Assembly (NCBI GenBank): GCA_964247055.1
Contig: OZ176056.1
Location: forward strand, 496,001 to 560,000
From: Paragordius varius
Taxonomy: Eukaryota; Animalia; Nematomorpha
Direction: 5' to 3'
DNA length: 64,000 bases
In this document: positions 55,901-64,000 of the stretch, one piece after another
How the letters are laid out: each line of letters begins with the position of its first letter
Position numbering within the stretch: the stretch's first letter is position 1
The notes under the pieces: generated by a model
The model's input: the letters and a program-made list of their open reading frames with translations, nothing else
The model's database searches: none
What the model was told of the DNA's origin: nothing
Position numbers and translations under genes: made by a program

Positions 55901-58900
55901 TTTTTATACATTATCTTAGTAGGACTACATCAAAATATAGAGATAGTTTGACAAACTCTTTCATATCCGATTTTTACAGCGATACTTTAAAAATTAATGT
56001 ATAAAACAAGTCGCATCAATACTCAAGTTAAACTTTGACTTAAAAATCGGATATTGGTCACCGGTGAACAAAATTATTTTTTATACATTTTCTTATTAGG
56101 ACTATATCAAAATATAGAGATATTTTGACAAATTCTTTCATATCCGATTTTTAAAACGATACTTTAAAAATTAATGTATTAAACTAGTCGCATCAATACT
56201 CAATTTAAACTTTGTCCTTAAAAATCGGATATTGGTCGCCGGTAAAGAAAATTATTTAATATACATTCTCTTAGTAGGACTACATCAATATATAGAGATA
56301 GTTTGACAAACTCTTTCATATCCGATTTTTACAACGATACTTTAAAAATTAATGTATAATACTAGTCGCATCAATACTCAAGTTAAACTTTGTCCTTAAA
56401 AATCGGATATTGGTCACCGGTTAACAAAACTATTTTTTATACATTCTCTTAGTAGGACTACATCAAAATATAGAGATAGTTTGACAAACTCTTTCATATC
56501 CGATTTTTACAGCGATACTTTAAAAATTAATGTATAAAACTAGTCGCATCAATACTCAAGTTAAACTTTGTGTCTAAAAAATCGGATATTGGTCACAGGT
56601 GAACAAAATTATTTTTTATACATTATCTTAGTAGGACTACATCAAAATATAGAGATAGTTTGACAAACTCTTTCATATCCGATTTTTACAACGATACTTT
56701 AAAAATTAATGTATAAAACTAGTCGCATCATTAGTCAAGTCTTTGTCCTTAAAAATCGGATATTGGTCGCCGGTAAAGAAAATTATTTTTTACACATTCT
56801 CTTAGTAGTACTACATCAAAATATAGAGATAGTTTGACAAACTCTTTCATATCCGATTTTTACAACGATACTTTAAAAATTAATGTATAAAACTAGCCGC
56901 ATCATTAGTCAAATTAAATTGTCCTTATAAATCTGATATTGGTCACCGGTGAACAAAATTAATTTTTATACATTATCTTAGTAGGACTACATCAAAATAT
57001 AGAGATAGTTTGACAAACTCTTTCATATCCGATTTTTACAAGGATACTTTAAAAATAAATGTATAAAACTAGTCGCATCATTAGTCAAGTCTTTGTCCTT
57101 AAAAATCGGATATTGGTCACCGGTGAACAAAATTATTTTTTATACATTCTCTTAGTAGGACTACATCAAAATATAGAGATAGTTTGACAAACTCTTTCAT
57201 ATCCGATTTTTACAACGATACTTTAAAAATTAATGTATAAAACTAGTCGCATCAATAGTCAAGTTATACTTTGTCCTTAAAAATCGGATATTGGTCACCG
57301 GTGTTTTTTATACATTCTCTTAGTAAGACTACATCAAAATATAGAGATAGTTGGACAAACTCTTTCATATCCGATTTATACAACGATACTTTAAAAATTA
57401 ATGTATAAAACTAGTCGCATCAATACTCAAGCTAAACATTGTCCTTAAAAATCGGATATTGGTCACCGGTGAACAAAATTATTTTTTATACATTCTCTTA
57501 GTAAGACTACATCAAAATATAGAGATAGTTTTACAAACTCTTTAATATCCGATTTTTACAACGATACTTTAAAAATTAATGTATTAAACTAGTCGCATCA
57601 ATACTCAAGTTAAACTTTGTCCATAAAAATCGGATATTGGTCACCGGTGAACAAAATAATTTTTTATACATTCTCTTAGTAAGACTACATCAAAATATAG
57701 AGATAGTTTGACAAACTCTTTCATATCCGATTTTTACAGCGATACTTTAAAAATTAATGTATAAAACTAGTCGCATCAATACTCAAGTTAAACTTTGTCC
57801 TTAAAAATCGGATATTGGTCACAGGTGAACAAAATTATTTTTTATACATTATCTTAGTACGACTACATCAAAATATAGATATAGTTTGACAAACTCTTTC
57901 ATATCCGATTTTTACAGCGATACTTTAAAAATTAATGTATAAAACAAGTCGCATCAATACTCAAGTTAAACTTTGACTTAAAAATCGGATATTGGTCACC
58001 GGTGAACAAAATTATTTTTTATACATTTTCTTAGTAGGACTATATCAAAATATAGAGATATTTTGACAAATTCTTTCATATCCGATTTTTAAAACGATAC
58101 TTTAAAAATTAATGTATTAAACTAGTCGCATCAATACTCAATTTAAACTTTGTCCTTAAAAATCGGATATTGGTCGCCGGTAAAGAAAATTATTTAATAT
58201 ACATTCTCTTAGTAGGACTACATCAATATATAGAGATAGTTTGACAAACTCTTTCATATCCGATTTTTACAACGATACTTTAAAAATTAATGTATAATAC
58301 TAGTCGCATCAATACTCAAGTTAAACTTTGTCCTTAAAAATCGGATATTGGTCACCGGTTAACAAAACTATTTTTTATACATTCTCTTAGTAGGACTACA
58401 TCAAAATATAGAGATAGTTTGACAAACTCTTTCATATCCGATTTTTACAGCGATACTTTAAAAATTAATGTATAAAACTAGTCGCATCAATACTCAAGTT
58501 AAACTTTGTGTCTAAAAAATCGGATATTGGTCACAGGTGAACAAAATTATTTTTTATACATTATCTTAGTAGGACTACATCAAAATATAGAGATAGTTTG
58601 ACAAACTCTTTCATATCCGATTTTTACAACGATACTTTAAAAATTAATGTATAAAACTAGTCGCATCATTAGTCAAGTCTTTGTCCTTAAAAATCGGATA
58701 TTGGTCGCCGGTAAAGAAAATTATTTTTTACACATTCTCTTAGTAGTACTACATCAAAATATAGAGATAGTTTGACAAACTCTTTCATATCCGATTTTTA
58801 CAACGATACTTTAAAAATTAATGTATAAAACTAGCCGCATCATTAGTCAAATTAAATTGTCCTTATAAATCTGATATTGGTCACCGGTGAACAAAATTAA

Positions 58901-59400
58901 TTTTTATACATTATCTTAGTAGGACTACATCAAAATATAGAGATAGTTTGACAAACTCTTTCATATCCGATTTTTACAAGGATACTTTAAAAATAAATGT
59001 ATAAAACTAGTCGCATCATTAGTCAAGTCTTTGTCCTTAAAAATCGGATATTGGTCACCGGTGAACAAAATTATTTTTTATACATTCTCTTAGTAGGACT
59101 ACATCAAAATATAGAGATAGTTTGACAAACTCTTTCATATCCGATTTTTACAACGATACTTTAAAAATTAATGTATAAAACTAGTCGCATCAATAGTCAA
59201 GTTATACTTTGTCCTTAAAAATCGGATATTGGTCACCGGTGTTTTTTATACATTCTCTTAGTAAGACTACATCAAAATATAGAGATAGTTTGACAAACTC
59301 TTTCATATCCGATTTTTACAACGATACTTTAAAAATTAATGTGTAAAACTAGTCGCATCAATACTCAAGTTAAACTTTGTCCTTAAAAATCAGATATTGG
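46955..59400 (+). repeat. 11-monomer HOR, base period 1,938 bp, 5 copies with internal expansions
   Basis: The CCATAAAAAT marker is at 47311, 49778, 52683, 54621 and 57621 (spacings 2,467, 2,905, 1,938, 3,000). The monomer order is conserved between copies. Confidence 0.85.
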
Positions 59401-59669
59401 TCACCGGTGAACAAAATTATTTTTTAGACATTTTCTTAGTAGGACTACATTAAAATATAGAGATAGTTTGGCAAACTCTTTCATATCCGATTTTTACAAC
59501 GATACTTTAAAAATTAATGTATAAAACTAGTCGCATCAATACTCAATTTAAACTTTGTCCTTAAAAATCGGATAATGGTCACCGGTGAACAAAATTATTT
59601 TTTATACATTCTCTTAGTAGGACTACATCAAAATATAGAGATAGTTTGACAAACTCTTTCATAATTTTT

Positions 59670-62160
59670 ACAACGAATCTTTAAAAATTAATGTATAAAA
59701 CTAGTCGCATCAATACTCAATTTAAACTTTGTCCTTAAAAATCGGATATTGGTCACCGGTGAACAAAATTTTTTTTTATACATTCTCTTAGTAGGACTAC
59801 ATCAAAATATAGAGATAGTTTGACAAACTCTTTCATGTCCGATTTTTACAACGAAACTTTAAAAAATAAAGTATAAAAGTAGTCGCATCAAAACTCAAGT
59901 TAAACTTTGTCCTTAAAAATCGGATATTGGTCACCGGTTAACAAAACTATTTTTTATAAATTCTCTTATTAGGACTACATCAAAATATAGAGATAGTTTG
60001 ACAAACTCTTTCATATCCGATTTTTACAACGATACTTTAAAAATTAATGTATAAAACTAGTCGCATCAATACTCAAGTTAAACTTTGTTCTTAAAAATCG
60101 GATATTGGTCACCGGTGAACAAAATTATTTTTTATACATTATCTTAGTAGGACTACATCAAAATATAGAGATAGTTTGACAAACTCTTTCATATCCGATT
60201 TTTACAACGATACTTTAAAAATTAATGTATAAAACTAGTCGCATTAATACTCAAGTTAAACTTTGTCCTTAAAAATCGGATATTGGTCACCGGTTAACAA
60301 AACTATTTTTTATACATTCTCTTAGTAGGACTACATCAAAATATGGAGATAGTTTGACAAACTCTTTCATATCCGATTTTTACAGCGATACTTTAAAAAT
60401 TAATGTATAAAACTAGTCGCATCAATACTCAAGTTAAACTTTGTCCTTAAAAATCGGATATTGGTCACAGGTGAACAAAATTATTTTTTATACATTATCT
60501 TAGTAGGACTACATCAAAATATAGAGATAGTTTGACAAACTCTTTCATATCCAATTTTTACAGCGATACTTTAAAAATTAATGTATAAAACTAGTCGCAT
60601 CAATACTCAAGTTAAACTTTGTCCTTAAAAATCGGATATTGGTCACCGGTGAACAAAATTAATTTTTATACGTTCTCTTAGTAGGACTACATAAAAATAT
60701 AGAGATAGTTTGACAAACTCTTTCATATCCGATTTTTACAACGATACTTTAAAAATTAATGTATAGAACTAGTCGCATCAATACTCAAGTTAAACTTTGT
60801 CCTTAAAAATCGGATATTGGTCACCGGTTAACAAAACTATTTTTTATACATTCTCTTAGTAGGACTACATCAAAATATGGAGATAGTTTGACAAACTCTT
60901 TCATATCCGATTTTTACAACGAATCTTTAAAAATTAATGTATAAAACTAGTCGCATCAATACTCAATTTAAACTTTGTCCTTAAAAATCGGATATTGGTC
61001 ACCGGTGAACAAAATTTTTTTTTATACATTCTCTTAGTAGGACTACATCAAAATATAGAGATAGTTTGACAAACTCTTTCATGTCCGATTTTTACAACGA
61101 AACTTTAAAAAATAAAGTATAAAAGTAGTCGCATCAAAACTCAAGTTAAACTTTGTCCTTAAAAATCGGATATTGGTCACCGGTTAACAAAACTATTTTT
61201 TATAAATTCTCTTATTAGGACTACATCAAAATATAGAGATAGTTTGACAAACTCTTTCATATCCGATTTTTACAACGATACTTTAAAAATTAATGTATAA
61301 AACTAGTCGCATCAATACTCAAGTTAAACTTTGTCCTTAAAAATCGGATATTGGTCACCGGTGAACAAAATTATTTTTTATACATTATCTTAGTAGGACT
61401 ACATCAAAATATAGAGATAGTTTGACAAACTCTTTCATATCCGATTTTTACAACGATACTTTAAAAATTAATGTATAAAACTAGTCGCATTAATACTCAA
61501 GTTAAACTTTGTCCTTAAAAATCGGATATTGGTCACCGGTTAACAAAACTATTTTTTATACATTCTCTTAGTAGGACTACATCAAAATATGGAGATAGTT
61601 TGACAAACTCTTTCATATCCGATTTTTACAGCGATACTTTAAAAATTAATGTATAAAACTAGTCGCATCAATAATCAAGTTAAACTTTGTCCTTAAAAAT
61701 CGGATATTGGTCACAGGTGAACAAAATTATTTTTTATACATTATCTTAGTAGGACTACATCAAAATATAGAGATAGTTTGACAAACTCTTTCATATCCAA
61801 TTTTTACAGCGATACTTTAAAAATTAATGTATAAAACTAGTCGCATCAATACTCAAGTTAAACTTTGTCCTTAAAAATCGGATATTGGTCACCGGTGAAC
61901 AAAATTAATTTTTATACGTTCTCTTAGTAGGACTACATCAAAATATAGAGATAGTTTGACAAACTCTTTCATATCCGATTTTTACAACGATACTTTAAAA
62001 ATTAATGTATAAAACTAGTCGCATCAATACTCAAGTTAAACTTTGTCCTTAAAAATCGGATATTGGTCACCGGTTAACAAAACTATTTTTTATACATTCT
62101 CTTAGTAGGACTACATCAAAATATGGAGATAGTTTGACAAACTCTTTCATATCCGATTTT
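59670..62160 (+). repeat. 7-monomer HOR, 1,246 bp x 2
   Basis: GAATCTTT 59675->60921, ATGTCCG 59835->61081 and CGTTCTC 60671->61917 (all 1,246 = 7 x 178). Confidence 0.88.
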
Positions 62161-62179
62161 TACAACGATACTTTAAAAA

Positions 62180-62880
62180 TTAATGTGTTAAACTAGTCGC
62201 ATCAATACTCAATTTAAACTTTGTCCTTAAAAATCGGATATTGGTCACCGGTGAACAAAATTATTTTTTATACATTCTCTTAGTAAGACTACATCAAAAT
62301 ATAGAGATAGTTTTACAAACTCTTTCATATCCGATTTTTACAACGATACTTTAAAAATTAATGTATTAAACTAGTCGCATCAATAGTCATGTTAAACTTT
62401 GTCCTTAAAAATCGGATATTGGTCACCGGTGAACAAAATAATTTTTTATACATTCTCTTAGTAAGACTACATCAAAATATAGAGATAGTTTGACAAACTC
62501 TTGATATCCGATTTTTACAACGATACTTTAAAAATTAATGTGTTAAACTAGTCGCATCAATACTCAATTTAAACTTTGTCCTTAAAAATCGGATATTGGT
62601 CACCGGTGAACAAAATTATTTTTTATACATTCTCTTAGTAAGACCACATCAAAATATAGAGATAGTTTTACAAACTCTTTCATATCCGATTTTTACAACG
62701 ATACTTTAAAAATTAATGTATTAAACTAGTCGCATCAATACTCAAGTTAAACTTTGTCCTTAAAAATCGGATATTGGTCACCGGTGAACAAAATAATTTT
62801 TTATACATTCTCTTAGTAAGACTACATCAAAATATAGAGATAGTTTGACAAACTATTTCATATCCGATTTTTACAACGAT
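62180..62880 (+). repeat. 2-monomer repeat, ~355 bp x 2
   Basis: GTGTTAAAC...CAATTTAAAC at 62185->62540, followed each time by a GTTTTACAAAC monomer and an AATAATTT monomer. Confidence 0.7.
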
Positions 62881-64000
62881 ACTTTTTTAAAATTATGGTA
62901 TTAAACCAGTCGCATCAATACTCAAGTTAAACTTTGTCCTTAAAAATCGGATATTGGTCACCGGTGAACAAAATTATTTTTTATACTCTTAGTAAGACTA
63001 CATCAAAATATAGAGATAGTTTGACAAACTCTTTCATATCCGATTTTTACAACGATACTTTAAAAATTATAATATTAAACCAGTCGCATCAATACTCAAG
63101 TTAAACTTTGTCCTTAAAAATCGGATATTGGTCACCGGTGAACAAAATTATTTTATATACATTCTCTTAGTAAGACTACATCAAAATATAGAGATAGTTT
63201 GACAAACTCTTTCATATCCGATTTTTACAACGATACTTTAAAAATTAATGTATAAAACTAGTCGCATCAATACTGCTATACATTGTCCTTAAAAATCGGA
63301 TATTGGTCACCGGTGAACAAAACTATTTTTTATACATTCTCTTAGTAAGACTACATCAAAATATAGAGATAGTTTGACAAACTCTTTCATATCCGATTTT
63401 TACAACGATACTTTAAAAATTAATGTATAAAACTAGTCGTATCAATAAATCGCATCAATACTCAAGTTAAACTTTGTCCTTAAAAATCGGATATTGGTCA
63501 CCGGTGAACAAAATTATTTTTTATACATTCTCTTATTAGGACTACATCAAAATATAGAGATAGTTTGACAAACTCTTTCATATCCGATTTTTACAACGAT
63601 ACTTTTTTAAAATTATGTTATTAAACCAGTCGCATCAATACTCAAGTTAAACTTTGTCCTTAAAAATCGGATATTGGTCACCGGTGAACAAAATTATTTT
63701 TTATACTCTTAGTAAGACTACATCAAAATATAGAGATAGTTTGACAAACTCTTTCATATCCGATTTTTACAACGATACTTTAAAAATTATAATATTAAAC
63801 CAGTCGCATCAATACTCAAGTTAAACTTTGTCCTTAAAAATCGGATATTGGTCACCGGTGAACAAAATTATTTTATATACATTCTCTTAGTAAGACTACA
63901 TCAAAATATAGAGATAGTTTGACAAACTCTTTCATATCCGATTTTTACAACGATACTTTAAAAATTAATGTATAAAACTAGTCGCATCAATACTCAAGCT
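62880..64000 (+). repeat. 4-monomer HOR, 720 bp, 1 full copy plus a partial copy to the window end
   Basis: TAAAAATTATAATATTAAAC at 63061 and 63781. Confidence 0.75.

Larger units (their letters stand above)
1..64000 (+). repeat. Tandem satellite DNA array, 178-bp monomer, ~360 copies, single orientation, running off both window ends
   Basis: The motif CCTTAAAAATCGGATATTGGTCACCGGTG recurs at 1, 179, 357, 534, 711, 889 and so on to the end (spacing mostly 177-178 bp). I saw no unique sequence and no reverse-orientation monomer. Confidence 0.99.

Noticed and set aside
1-64000. CRISPR array
   Set aside because: The palindromic motifs are regularly spaced, but the sequence between them is itself repeated. 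There are no unique spacers, leader or cas genes.
1-64000. 5S rDNA, tRNA or snRNA tandem cluster
   Set aside because: At ~27% GC it shows no recognisable A/B/C boxes, cloverleaf or 5S sequence.
1-64000. Promoter or terminator elements (TATA-like motifs, hairpin plus T-run)
   Set aside because: These are expected by chance in 72% AT repeats, and there is no gene to regulate.
1-64000. Transposon insertion or strand inversion within the array
   Set aside because: I looked for both along the whole window and every segment parsed as a forward monomer. The reverse-complement motif is internal to each monomer, not an inverted block.

Overview
The whole 64 kb window is one uninterrupted, head-to-tail tandem satellite array. 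It holds about 360 copies of an AT-rich (~72-73% AT) 178-bp monomer, all on the same strand. I found no real genes, RNA genes, mobile-element insertions, inversions or CRISPR spacers. The 19 ORFs in the track are artefacts of one 173-bp monomer variant. I do not recognise the repeat family or organism. The monomer length and organisation are typical of eukaryotic (peri)centromeric heterochromatin, but that is inference. The information lies in the variants. (i) Each monomer carries a perfect 14-bp inverted repeat plus three short palindromes. (ii) The array is a patchwork of local higher-order repeats (HORs) of about 14, 14, 12, 14, 11, 11, 6, 11, 7, 2 and 4 monomers. (iii) An 11,353-bp tandem duplication (~25.4-47.1 kb) has a visible chimeric junction monomer, and its two copies differ by one 1,079-bp 6-mer unit. 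(iv) Recurrent structural variants trace the amplification history: a 139-bp truncated monomer, a 13-bp insertion and a 10-bp deletion. I see no evidence of a novel protein-coding system. Periods were measured by hand from diagnostic variants and the ORF track. HOR boundaries are approximate (about +/-50 bp).
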